A stretch of DNA of 64,000 nt, taken from the NCBI GenBank assembly GCA_014584575.1, contig JACTMP010000063.1, forward strand, positions 1-64,000, written 5' to 3'. The position numbers were made by a program, and so were the translations under genes. Position 1 is the first letter of the stretch, and each line of letters opens with the position of its first letter. Below the pieces are notes generated by a model that saw only the letters and a list, made by a program, of their open reading frames with translations, ran no database searches and was not told where the DNA came from. Source of the DNA: Chloroflexota bacterium (GTDB lineage Bacteria; Chloroflexota; Anaerolineae; Promineifilales; Promineifilaceae). Positions 38,601 through 46,531 of this stretch are shown here, piece by piece.

Positions 38601-39451
38601 GCTACAACGGCAGCCAGGTGAGTTGGAACATTCCCACCCTGCCCGGATACGCCTTCGCCTCGGAGGTTATCGCTGTGGTGACGGCTAACGAGACGATCAG
38701 CAACAGTGTCTACAGCGTGACGGCGGCCGGGGGGTATAGTGCGGTGGGGCAGGAAACGGCCGTGACCCGCATCGTAGACGCCCAGGTAAGGCTGACACCG
38801 CTGTTGACCCGCACACTGCATTACGCGGGCAGCCAAAGTACAGAGATGACCGTGCCTTATGGTTCCGTCTTTGCCGAGACCATGCTGACCTACGACGAGT
38901 TGATGACGCCGCCATATCCGGTTCCATCCGGTTATGCCGGACGTGCCTTCCGCCTGAGTGGGTATCAGGATAACCAGATGATGCCCGACCTGGTGTTGGC
39001 GGAAACGGCCGTGATCACCCTCACCTATTCCCAGACGGCCGTCGCCGGGCTGGATGAAAACCTGCTGACGGTGCATTACTGGGACGGGAATGGCTGGGCA
39101 AGAAATGGGGTGACGTGTGAACGGGATGTGCAGGCCAATTGGGTAAGCTGCCACGTGCCGCGCCCGCCGATGACGGCCTATGCGCTGCTGGAAGGGCGCT
39201 CCACCATCTACCTGCCCTTTATCACCAATGGCCTGACGGCTGAACCCACCCTTTCGGCCACCATCACCGGCATCTCATTGGTGGGCAACCAGTATCATGC
39301 CAACTTCGCAGCGGCCCCTGGTATGTGTATGGTGGCGGCAGCCCCTTTACCGGGTACGGGGTGGCCGACCGGCCCCCGGCGGCCACGCAGCTCTGTGTCC
39401 TGGTGGCGAACCATGATCACAGCATCATTCTGGGCAGCGGCAACTGTATGA
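35636..39451 (+). CDS. S8 family serine peptidase (subtilase) with PPC domain and long C-terminal extension; 3' end frameshifted relative to its downstream duplicate
   Basis: Signal peptide. Catalytic D (VLDTGLNRTHPDL), H (HGTHVAGIVAG) and S (GTSMAAPHVAGALAV). PPC-like segment (DYTDVYYFNGTANQRLRI...GTYQIQV). The last ~48 codons are in a different frame from the intact copy at 41533-41929 because of a 49 nt deletion. Confidence 0.8.
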   Translation: MKTKLLLVVFVPLLVLVVIAPWRHTAVSANIAPNPKPPLDETLLDMAQTLGTVPVIIGVHVPGFAPEAADEAAQVAAIRQAQTAVLDTLAGHNIHNVKQFPYIPYMALWVDEAGLLTLQADPTVTTIYEDRLYAPATSDSTPIIRSDSANSIGYGGQGRTVAVLDTGLNRTHPDLNGKVVSEACYSTFDPLALATSLCPNGNNSQTGTGSSNPPPNYVTGYDHGTHVAGIVAGVAPQATLIGIQVFSRFTDIAGSPPGPFTPCANGGRPSPCTLSYSSDQILGLQRVYALRNSYSIAAVNMSLGGGSYASNCDSLNAALTTTILSLRTAGITTVISAGNNSYRGSIGAPACISYAVSVGGTTSTPGPATPDQVGSYSNAASIMTLWAPGGWIHAAVPTWATSCGPGVSPTNNRCYKQGTSMAAPHVAGALAVMRSAVPGATVNQLISALTSTGPSITDQRSGGFVTKRRLDVYAATCQLAGCDQDDFRTLTLNQSLNGSLGVGNDYTDVYYFNGTANQRLRISMNRLSGTLDPYLVFVDPNGNLVAVNNDGGAGTNALIDPVILPVNGRYTIYALRANSGSGTYQIQVSQGTFGANPVPTLLSMNRTSATVNSPAGFWVGLTGNNFSSNSVVRWNGQNRPTSYYSSTFIWGWVNASDTNVLGNYSITVYTPTPGGGTSFAQNFQITSDPLGVSEMLAPLPDSSVPVGVQQTFAISWTHPISSWRVMQNIDIRLKDVTDQTAFWIRFTEGSPTSTIGLLNNSGEHIASSPLVSGQYGQPGDIEVPDMVTMHMANTIFFGSGRTVIISPTVTFGSLAPGRYMVEFTVNNDEGEVQDADVVGAFYVLPPGCDTALTGVQVNGPDTGTVNSNYQFTAVITPTALADVTYVWSPEPVSGQGTAVATFNWSQAGMWPVNVVAHHCSGFLADVATMGIRTTVAPDLEISKTAPATAVAGDPITYTLTITNRGGTDATGLSITDTLPPGATYVSGGSYNGSQVSWNIPTLPGYAFASEVIAVVTANETISNSVYSVTAAGGYSAVGQETAVTRIVDAQVRLTPLLTRTLHYAGSQSTEMTVPYGSVFAETMLTYDELMTPPYPVPSGYAGRAFRLSGYQDNQMMPDLVLAETAVITLTYSQTAVAGLDENLLTVHYWDGNGWARNGVTCERDVQANWVSCHVPRPPMTAYALLEGRSTIYLPFITNGLTAEPTLSATITGISLVGNQYHANFAAAPGMCMVAAAPLPGTGWPTGPRRPRSSVSWWRTMITASFWAAATV

Positions 39452-39476
39452 ATTTGCCGTAAGCGTGGCCAAGACC

Positions 39477-39510
39477 AGACCCTAAGGGTTTCCCAAAACC
39501 CTTAGGGTCT
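39477..39510 (+). terminator. perfect hairpin AGACCCTAAGGGTTT-CCCAAAA-CCCTTAGGGTCT followed by TATCTTT
   Basis: Read directly. 15 bp stem. Confidence 0.55.
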
Positions 39511-39515
39511 TATCT

Positions 39516-41264
39516 TTGGAGGTAACTATGAAAAACCGGGAATTTTTCCTTTTGTTCAGCGCATTATTGGCGCTAAGTTTTGTCTTGTTTAACATTTTTG
39601 TTACCCACGCCGTTGCCGGTGTTTCCGGTGGTGGTGGGCAGTGGGTGGTGGATCGTCTGGATGACCCGACGCTGCCCGGCGGCTCAGCCTGCACGGAAGC
39701 GCCTGATGATTGCAGCCTGCGTGGGGCACTCAGCGTCTATAATTCGGGCGACCAGATCACCTTCGCCATCACGGGCACCATCACCCTGACCAACGGCGAG
39801 ATACTCATTGCCAATGGCGACGTGACCATCCAGGGGCCAGGCGCGGCCGACCTCATCATCAGCGGCGGTGAGACCAGCCGGATTTTCACCCTCGATCCCA
39901 GCCAGAATGTGACCATTACCGGCGTGACGCTGCGTGATGGGTTTGCCAGCCAGGGGGGCGCAATCTTCAACAATCTCAGCACGCTGACGCTGGCCGATTG
40001 TGTGCTGACGGAAAACACGGCCAGTGACTATGGCGGCGCGATTCAAAACAATGCTGCCACCATTTTCCAACGACCCGCCGGCGCACCCACCTGGGGCGGG
40101 GCGGACGCCCATTTGCTGATTGACAACTGTGTATTGAGCAACAACGCGGCCAGCGGTATAGAGAAAGAAGAGCAGTCTCACGGCGGCCCGACAGGAGTTG
40201 GCGGGGCCATTTACAATACGGCCGTAGGGCCGGGGGCAACGGCCGTTGTCACCATCACCCACAGCACCCTCATCGGCAATACGGCCGATGATGACTTTTA
40301 TGCCGGCGGTGCCATCACCAACTTTGGCTCCGCATTTACCATTCCGGGTAATACCCACGCCGCTGTCTATATCGCCGACAGCACCATCGCCAACAACAGC
40401 GCGCCGAATGGCGATGGCGGCGCTATCGCCAGCTATGCGCTGGATGCCGGTGCATCAACCGCCGTTACCATTCAGAACAGCACCGTCAGCGACAACTCGT
40501 CGGGCAGTGATTTTGGCGGCGGCGGCGGCATTTTCAGCTTTGCCTATAATCGTGATGAGGAGGGGTTGACAGAGGCGACCGTGAACCTGACCGGCAGCAC
40601 CTTTGCCAGTAATGCGGCCACAATGGACAGGGGTGGCGCTCTATTTAATGGCGCACTTGATAGCGGGTCAACGGCCGTCACCCATATCCTCAACAGCACT
40701 TTCAGCGGTAATACAGCGGCCGGCGTGGGCGGCGCTATCGCCAATGATGCCTACAACCGGGATGCGTTGGGCCTGACAAACGCCGCTCTCCACATCACCC
40801 ATGCCAGCTTTGTGGGCAATGATGCGGCTTCCGGCGGGGCCATCGCCAATGTGCCGGTCAGCGAGAACGGAACGTTGGCCGAAGTCCACCTGAAAAACGC
40901 TCTGCTGCACACCAGCAGCGGCGGCGACTGCCAGAACAGCGGCACCATTGATGGTGCCAACAACCTGATTGACGACGACACCTGCGGCACTGATGCCAGC
41001 TTCCGCCTGGGTGCGCCCACGCTGGTTTCGCCGACGCTGGCGGACAATGGTGGCCCCACCCTGACACACGCCTTGCTGGCAGGCACCAATGCCGAAGATG
41101 CCGTGCCGGACGGTGATTGTACGGTAGTCAACACCAGCACCGTCGTTATGGCGGATCAACGCGGTGTGGCCCGGCCTGTGGGCGCAACCTGTGATGTGGG
41201 CGCGGTGGAAGGGGTGATGGTGTCCTTTTCGTTTGGCATTTACCTGCCGGTGATTATCAAGTAG
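39516..41264 (+). CDS. CSLREA-domain / choice-of-anchor-Q-like secreted protein with Pmp (GGAI) beta-helix repeats and C-terminal IYLPVIIK tail
   Basis: Signal peptide. DDCSLRGAL (CSLREA-type) motif. Seven or more GGAI/GGAL repeats. C-terminal DQRGVARPVGATCDVGAVE motif. Ends FGIYLPVIIK. Confidence 0.6.
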   Translation: MEVTMKNREFFLLFSALLALSFVLFNIFVTHAVAGVSGGGGQWVVDRLDDPTLPGGSACTEAPDDCSLRGALSVYNSGDQITFAITGTITLTNGEILIANGDVTIQGPGAADLIISGGETSRIFTLDPSQNVTITGVTLRDGFASQGGAIFNNLSTLTLADCVLTENTASDYGGAIQNNAATIFQRPAGAPTWGGADAHLLIDNCVLSNNAASGIEKEEQSHGGPTGVGGAIYNTAVGPGATAVVTITHSTLIGNTADDDFYAGGAITNFGSAFTIPGNTHAAVYIADSTIANNSAPNGDGGAIASYALDAGASTAVTIQNSTVSDNSSGSDFGGGGGIFSFAYNRDEEGLTEATVNLTGSTFASNAATMDRGGALFNGALDSGSTAVTHILNSTFSGNTAAGVGGAIANDAYNRDALGLTNAALHITHASFVGNDAASGGAIANVPVSENGTLAEVHLKNALLHTSSGGDCQNSGTIDGANNLIDDDTCGTDASFRLGAPTLVSPTLADNGGPTLTHALLAGTNAEDAVPDGDCTVVNTSTVVMADQRGVARPVGATCDVGAVEGVMVSFSFGIYLPVIIK

Positions 41265-41280
41265 CCGAGCCAGCTCTGCC

Positions 41281-41356
41281 AGACCTGTCAGGTCTCTTCG
41301 TTTGTGTTATGCTTGCACGCCAAGACCTGACAGGTTTTTAGAAACCTGTCAGGTCT
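41281..41356 (+). terminator. two hairpins of the AGACCTGNCAGGTCT family after the Pmp-like gene
   Basis: agacctgtcaggtct (41281-41295) and agacctgacaggtttttagaaacctgtcaggtct (41323-41356). Confidence 0.45.
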
Positions 41357-41376
41357 AAACAACCAGGAGTGCAAGT

Positions 41377-41538
41377 ATGACCGACAGTCCACAGCAGCTA
41401 CCCCTTACCTTCTCCTCCCACCATAACCAATCCCTCTTTTCTGACCATTACCTGGACGAAATTTTGCGCCGCAGCGAGAGCTGGCGGCAAGCCATCCCGC
41501 AGGCGCAGGCGTTTCTGGCCTGGCTGCGTGATCTGTGA
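41377..41538 (+). pseudogene. 53-codon stub with good RBS resembling the N-terminus of large RM-type (Type IIG/Eco57I-like) proteins, truncated at the duplication junction
   Basis: AGGAG RBS 7 nt upstream of the ATG. MTDSPQQLPLTFSSHHNQSLFSDHYLDEILRRSESWRQ... The LFSxHYL N-terminus I associate (from memory) with RM enzyme N-termini. The reading frame ends exactly where homology to 39117.. begins. Confidence 0.35.
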
Positions 41539-41929
41539 ACGGGATGTGCAGGCGAATTGGGTAAGCTGCCAGGTGCCGCGCCCGCCGATGACGGCCTATG
41601 CGCTGCTGGAAGGGCGTTCCACCCTTTACCTGCCCTTTATCACCAATGGCCTGACGGCTGAACCCACCCTTTCGGCCACCATCACCGGCATCTCATTGGT
41701 GGGCAACCAGTATCATGCCAACTTCGTTCACTTCTTCTTCAACACCGTGCCGCCAGAGCAGGTCGGTGTGCCTGGCAGCGGCCCCTGGTATGTGTATGGT
41801 GGCGGCAGCCCCTTTACCGGGTACGGGGTGGCCGACCGGCCGCAGGCGGCCACGCAGCTCTGTGTTCTGGTGGCAAACCATGATCACAGCGTCATTCTGG
41901 GCAGCGGCAACTGTATGAATTTGCCGTAG
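41533..41929 (+). pseudogene. detached duplicate of the subtilase 3' end (intact ancestral frame), with its own terminator
   Basis: About 90% identical to 39117-39462 but containing 49 extra nt (encoding VHFFFNTVPPEQVGVPG) that restore a clean frame to NCMNLP*. No plausible independent N-terminus or signal peptide. Confidence 0.45.
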
Positions 41930-41936
41930 TCCGGCA

Positions 41937-41970
41937 AGACCCGAAAGGTTTCAGAAAACCCTTCGGGTCT
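41937..41970 (+). terminator. hairpin AGACCCGAAAGGTTT-CAGAAAA-CCCTTCGGGTCT (diverged copy of the 39477 terminator with partly compensatory changes)
   Basis: Read directly. Confidence 0.5.
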
Positions 41971-42090
41971 TTAGTTGATGTGTTTGCCGGTGGCGGTACG
42001 GCCGTAGGGGAAAAAGCGCAGGTTGCAACCTGCGCTTTTTTATTTGCAAAGGTTTTTTGGACGTGTTGAATTTCTGCTACAATCGAAACT

Positions 42091-43344
42091 GTGGATGCCC
42101 AGATAAACAATCGTAACCAGATCATCGCCCAACCATTCAGTAAACAAACGCTTGGGGCAACGCTGAAAGCCGCCTTGAGCGGCCAAATCGCACCTTTTCA
42201 CACGTTTCGCGCGGCCGTTGCCTTTGTAAAACGCTCTGGTGTCCAGCACATTCAGACGGAATTACAGCAATTTGTGCAAAGAGGAGGTCTGGCGCGAGTT
42301 ATCGTGGGGATTGATCAGCTTGGGTCTAGTCGTGAAGGATTGGCCGGTTTGCTAAACGCGGTAGGAGAGTCTGGTTCTGTCTGGGTTAATCGAACGACTG
42401 AAACGTATGTGACTTTTCACCCCAAAGTGTATTTGTTTGCGGCTGATGATGTGGCTTTGCTGATCGTTGGCTCTGGCAATTTGACGGAGGGCGGCCTGTA
42501 CACCAATGATGAAGCTTCGCTGATGTATTGGCTGGCGTTGCAGGAACCAGAGGATCAGGCGCTTTGGCAGGAAATCAACGCCTATTTGGACCAGTGGGGT
42601 GATGCGGCTAATGGCAATGCGATACAACTAACGGCCGATTTGCTCAATGAATTAGTTGAGGCAGGGCTGGTTCCGACAGAGGAGAAAATTGAGCGAGAAG
42701 GGGATGAGGCAACGGCCGTTTCCCCCACACCATCCCCTCAACCGGCAACACAACTGGCGCATGTGTTCTTCAAGAAATCGGCCGTTAAACGCACTGCGCC
42801 ACGTTCCAAAACCAGTGTGCCAAAACCGAAAAAGCCCACTTTACCGCCCGAAGAAGAGGTCTCGCAACCGGTTGAGTTGGCTATGGAAGCGCCCATTGGC
42901 TTTGTTATGATTTTGCAGCGCACAGATGTCGGCACGGGGCAGACAACGACAGGAACCAGTCGCCGTTCGCCAGAAATCTTCATCCCGTTAGCTGCCAGAG
43001 ATGTTTTTCCTGAGTTTTGGGGTTGGCCGACGTTGTTTGTCGAAGACGCAGCGCGACCCGGCAAGTATGATCGTCAGGCGGTCAAGATGCGGATTGGCGG
43101 GGATTTGGTCATGGTTAATATGATGACCTGGCCGGTCAAGCACGATTTCCGGTTGCGTAGCGAAGCGTTACGCAGCGCAGGGGCCATTGGCGATATTTTG
43201 CGCCTGGAAAAGCCAACAGAAGGAACTCCCTTTGCGTATTACGTGGAGATCATCCCGCAGGGAACCAGCGATTACGAGAGTTATCTGGCTTTGTGCGTAA
43301 ACCAGGTGCGAAATTCTGCGAAGCGGTGGGGGTATTACCGTTAG
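42091..43344 (+). CDS. PLD-family (NgoFVII/BfiI-like) restriction endonuclease candidate with C-terminal B3/EcoRII-N-like DNA-binding domain
   Basis: N-terminal ~150 aa carry a single HxK-type motif (TFHPKVYLFAADD) typical of PLD nucleases. The C-terminal ~170 aa (ILQRTDVGTGQTTTG...EIFIPLAARDVFPEFWG) resemble B3-like DNA-recognition domains. Adjacent to two MTases. The stop overlaps the MTase stop region. Confidence 0.5.
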   Translation: MDAQINNRNQIIAQPFSKQTLGATLKAALSGQIAPFHTFRAAVAFVKRSGVQHIQTELQQFVQRGGLARVIVGIDQLGSSREGLAGLLNAVGESGSVWVNRTTETYVTFHPKVYLFAADDVALLIVGSGNLTEGGLYTNDEASLMYWLALQEPEDQALWQEINAYLDQWGDAANGNAIQLTADLLNELVEAGLVPTEEKIEREGDEATAVSPTPSPQPATQLAHVFFKKSAVKRTAPRSKTSVPKPKKPTLPPEEEVSQPVELAMEAPIGFVMILQRTDVGTGQTTTGTSRRSPEIFIPLAARDVFPEFWGWPTLFVEDAARPGKYDRQAVKMRIGGDLVMVNMMTWPVKHDFRLRSEALRSAGAIGDILRLEKPTEGTPFAYYVEIIPQGTSDYESYLALCVNQVRNSAKRWGYYR

Positions 43345-44954
43345 TTGTTGCGGAAGCAAAGGATGGTTTCGGCGCTGCTGGCATTTTTCTTGAAAATATC
43401 ACGCGATACCAGCATTTCCATCGGGATTTGCTCGACCAGATGCAGGCCAGCCGCTTCCCCCAATTCGCCCAATAGCTGATCCGTTTCGATGTCTACGCGC
43501 TCGCCTCCGGCGATGGTGTGATTGTTACCGACCACGACAAAAGCGGGCGCGCCGGGACGCAGCAGACGCGGGAATGTTTCTAGCACCTGACGCATGTCGA
43601 AGAAATAACGGGCTAACAGAGCGGGCAGATTTTGTCGCCGAAAGCCCACATTGGCGTCCTGGTTCAGGTGGTGAATGCGGTCAATAACGGCCGTTATCCC
43701 CCCCGTCAATCTCCCCCGATTTTGTTCATACTCCGCCCAATACGCCTGACGACGGCCGTTGCTAATCTCCCGGTTGCCGATCATCTGGTAATCGCGTGAC
43801 CGATGCCCCGGGCGCGAGAGCAAACCCAAAAAGTAGAGGCTCAAACGGTCTGTATCCAGATAGGGCAGAGCAGTAGCGTAAGGCGGCGAAGTGATAATGG
43901 CATCAATCTGTGCTGTGCGCGCCGCCAGTAATCTATCCGCTTGTTGGGCATTTCCTTCACGAATATCGGCCGCACCAATAGCCTGACCCTGGTTTTCGTA
44001 CAAAAAGGCCAGAATTATCTTTACAGAGCGATTGAGTTCCGTCAAAAACTCAGAAATTGTGTCAGGAATTTCATCAGAAACGTCCCGGCGCACGCGCAAG
44101 TCGTCATCTTTCTGCCAGGAGACACGGCGCAAAATGTTACTCAGGCTGACCATAAACAAGCGGCGGCAAGCAAGATTTGGTATTTGCTGAATACGGATCA
44201 TGATCCGATCCAGCGCGGTTAACACTTCGGGGGCAAACCAATTTGAGAGATACGTGCGGTCTGGCTCGCTGAGAGTGTTTAACCAGGCGAATGAGTGTTC
44301 TGGCGCAGCGGGTTCGGTCAGTAAATCCGTATTCACCGCTGCAAACTGTTCGGCCAATTGCGCTGGCGGCACGGCCAAAATATCGCATTTGGTCTGGCTG
44401 ACAAGCACCGAGAGGGGGTTCATGTCCAGCCCATAAGCCTGACAACCAAGCAGGACAGCTTCAACGGCCGTTGTCCCACTTCCCGACATGGGATCCAGCA
44501 CCTTCGCTCCTGGTTTGATTTCAGCGATGTTGAGTAGAGAACGAACCAATTGAGGGAAGAATTTGCCGCGATATTCGTGGATGCCATGTGGCCCATAGCG
44601 CAGGTTCCGCCGGTTGGGAATGGGCACATGACCGTTAAAGGGAAGCATCGTTTGAAGCTGAACGGCCGTAACCCCATTTCGTGCTAGTGTGGTAGTGGCT
44701 TCGCGGCGCACCTGTTGGGTGAGTTGGAGGGAGGGAACGGCCGTTTCTCCACCCACTCCCTCCCAATAAGCCAGATGCCCGACCAAATCCGCCGGTTCTA
44801 CCGATGATTCAACCCAATAATCGCCCGTCTCCTCATGCGCCAGATTGAGGCAGGCGACAGGTTCATGTCCGGTCAGGGCAGCCAACTCCCTAAGCGCCAA
44901 CGTTTTCTCAAACGGTTGAATGTACGGTTTCAGGCGACAAATCACTTTGCCCAC
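43341..44954 (-). CDS. DNA methyltransferase (alpha class; motif I then SPPY), candidate m4C/m6A
   Basis: Motif I (LDPMSGSGTT) is N-terminal to motif IV (IITSPPYATA). Length 537 aa. Confidence 0.75.
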   Translation of the reverse strand: MGKVICRLKPYIQPFEKTLALRELAALTGHEPVACLNLAHEETGDYWVESSVEPADLVGHLAYWEGVGGETAVPSLQLTQQVRREATTTLARNGVTAVQLQTMLPFNGHVPIPNRRNLRYGPHGIHEYRGKFFPQLVRSLLNIAEIKPGAKVLDPMSGSGTTAVEAVLLGCQAYGLDMNPLSVLVSQTKCDILAVPPAQLAEQFAAVNTDLLTEPAAPEHSFAWLNTLSEPDRTYLSNWFAPEVLTALDRIMIRIQQIPNLACRRLFMVSLSNILRRVSWQKDDDLRVRRDVSDEIPDTISEFLTELNRSVKIILAFLYENQGQAIGAADIREGNAQQADRLLAARTAQIDAIITSPPYATALPYLDTDRLSLYFLGLLSRPGHRSRDYQMIGNREISNGRRQAYWAEYEQNRGRLTGGITAVIDRIHHLNQDANVGFRRQNLPALLARYFFDMRQVLETFPRLLRPGAPAFVVVGNNHTIAGGERVDIETDQLLGELGEAAGLHLVEQIPMEMLVSRDIFKKNASSAETILCFRNN

Positions 44955-46411
44955 TATCGCCCCCTCTGACGCGCTCTGTTACGCAGAATGACAATGTGTT
45001 CATCCTTAATTTTGCCAATTGCCGGGTTGAATGATTTTTTGCTGGCCTGCAAATGGCGCGTCAAATTTGCCGCAGCCTCATAACCGGCTGCCTCCGCTAC
45101 TTCGATCAAAAGTTGATCGTTTTGGATGCGTTGCCCTTTGATTGTCGAATCGCCAATCACAAAACAGGCGTAACGATTTGGCTTCAGCGTATGGGAAAGC
45201 CAGGAGAGAATGGTGAACAATTCGCCGCGAAAGGTATCGGCTGTTGCCCCATTGCTCCCCTTGTGGCTGTATTTGCGATGGCTGCCAATCTCTTCCTGTT
45301 TAAATTTTGGCTGGTCCATATCCAACCATAACATGCGGGTCCGGTGATAAAGGTGATAACTGTAAGCATTGGGATAAGGTGGTGAACAGACAACCAGATC
45401 AACCGGTTCGACGTCTGGCGGTTCTAATATGTTCGCCTGGTGGATGGTAGCGGTGAAACGGCCGTCTACCTCTTCACCAAATTCCACCACCCGCTGTACG
45501 GCCTGCGCCAACGTGCGGCCGAAAAGTTGCAGTGTGTCCCCCGGTTTAATGTTCTTCTGGCGGCGCACATAGCGCGTATCTGAATCCTGCCGCGACACGG
45601 CAACGATAATGGCCGAAAATGCAGTTAGCGCCAATTGCCTTGCTTTCTCTGACCCAAGTGATAGGCATTTTGTCTTGATAAATGACAGTTCTTCGATCAC
45701 CGGCTGGTCAAACCATTCTTCTACACCTTCAAATGCTGGCATCGGGGCAGACTGAGGAAATGGGGATAATTCAGGGAACAAAGGTAAGGTTCCCATAAAA
45801 GTCTGTTGGGCAAAATAACTAATTTCCTCAACCAACCCCCTCAGGCAGCCCACCTCTGCTTCGTCCAATAAAGTCGTTTTGGCCCGGCTGATCAGGCAAG
45901 CCAATGGGTTTGCGTCTATGCCGATAGCGTGGCATTCCAGGCGCAACGCTTCGACTAAAGTCGTGCCACTGCCACAAAACGGATCCAGCACTGTATCGCC
46001 GATTGATGCCAATTCTCGAATAAGTGCCTTCGGAATTTGGGGGATGTATTTCGCCGGGTAAGGGTGGATGGCGTGGGTCAGGTAGCCGGTGTTTGCGTTG
46101 ATAAAATCCCAATCTATCTTTTCCAAACGAGGGATTGCTCCGATGGGCGCTTCATAAACCACCGCGCTTTCTTTGAGGATTGGCGCGGCCGTACCATTGA
46201 CTTGTCGGGCAAATTCCACAATTGTTTGCGCTTCTTCATGGGTGAACAATCGCCAGTCATTCCGATCTCGTCCCGGTTCGGAGATGCGTCCCTCGCGCAG
46301 CCAGCGCAACAGCGTATCGCGGTGAATGCCCGCCATTTGGGAGACTTGCTTGGTGGAATAAGTTGCACCGCTCATAGCGGCATTGTAACGCATACCTGCA
46401 ACTATATGCAA
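44954..46411 (-). CDS. DNA methyltransferase (motif I then SPPY) with N-terminal MerR/excisionase-like HTH
   Basis: HTH (YSTKQVSQMAGIHRDTLLRWLREGRI). Motif I (LDPFCGSGTT). Motif IV (VVCSPPYPNAY). Shares an ATG/stop overlap with the upstream MTase. Confidence 0.75.
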   Translation of the reverse strand: MHIVAGMRYNAAMSGATYSTKQVSQMAGIHRDTLLRWLREGRISEPGRDRNDWRLFTHEEAQTIVEFARQVNGTAAPILKESAVVYEAPIGAIPRLEKIDWDFINANTGYLTHAIHPYPAKYIPQIPKALIRELASIGDTVLDPFCGSGTTLVEALRLECHAIGIDANPLACLISRAKTTLLDEAEVGCLRGLVEEISYFAQQTFMGTLPLFPELSPFPQSAPMPAFEGVEEWFDQPVIEELSFIKTKCLSLGSEKARQLALTAFSAIIVAVSRQDSDTRYVRRQKNIKPGDTLQLFGRTLAQAVQRVVEFGEEVDGRFTATIHQANILEPPDVEPVDLVVCSPPYPNAYSYHLYHRTRMLWLDMDQPKFKQEEIGSHRKYSHKGSNGATADTFRGELFTILSWLSHTLKPNRYACFVIGDSTIKGQRIQNDQLLIEVAEAAGYEAAANLTRHLQASKKSFNPAIGKIKDEHIVILRNRARQRGR

Positions 46412-46440
46412 CTATAGTTTCCCATGGCGTTATTTGGCCC

Positions 46441-46499
46441 AACGGCCGTTCCCCCCTCCCAATGTTGCACGTGTGGGTGGTGGGGTGGGTACGGCCGTT
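46441..46499. repeat. 58 nt element (direct repeat, left copy) flanking the vapBC module
   Basis: AACGGCCGTTCCCCCCTCCCAATGTTGCACGTGTGGGTGGTGGGGTGGGTACGGCCGTT. Confidence 0.7.
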
Positions 46500-46531
46500 C
46501 AACGGTCAATGGATTGGCAAGATGGGTAACT

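Noticed and set aside
39117-41978. The duplicated subtilase 3' segment as an assembly artefact.
   Set aside because: The copies differ by a 49 nt indel plus about 10% substitutions, including partly compensatory changes in the terminator stem. They lie in different flanking contexts, so they are diverged real copies. Long reads would still be the decisive check.
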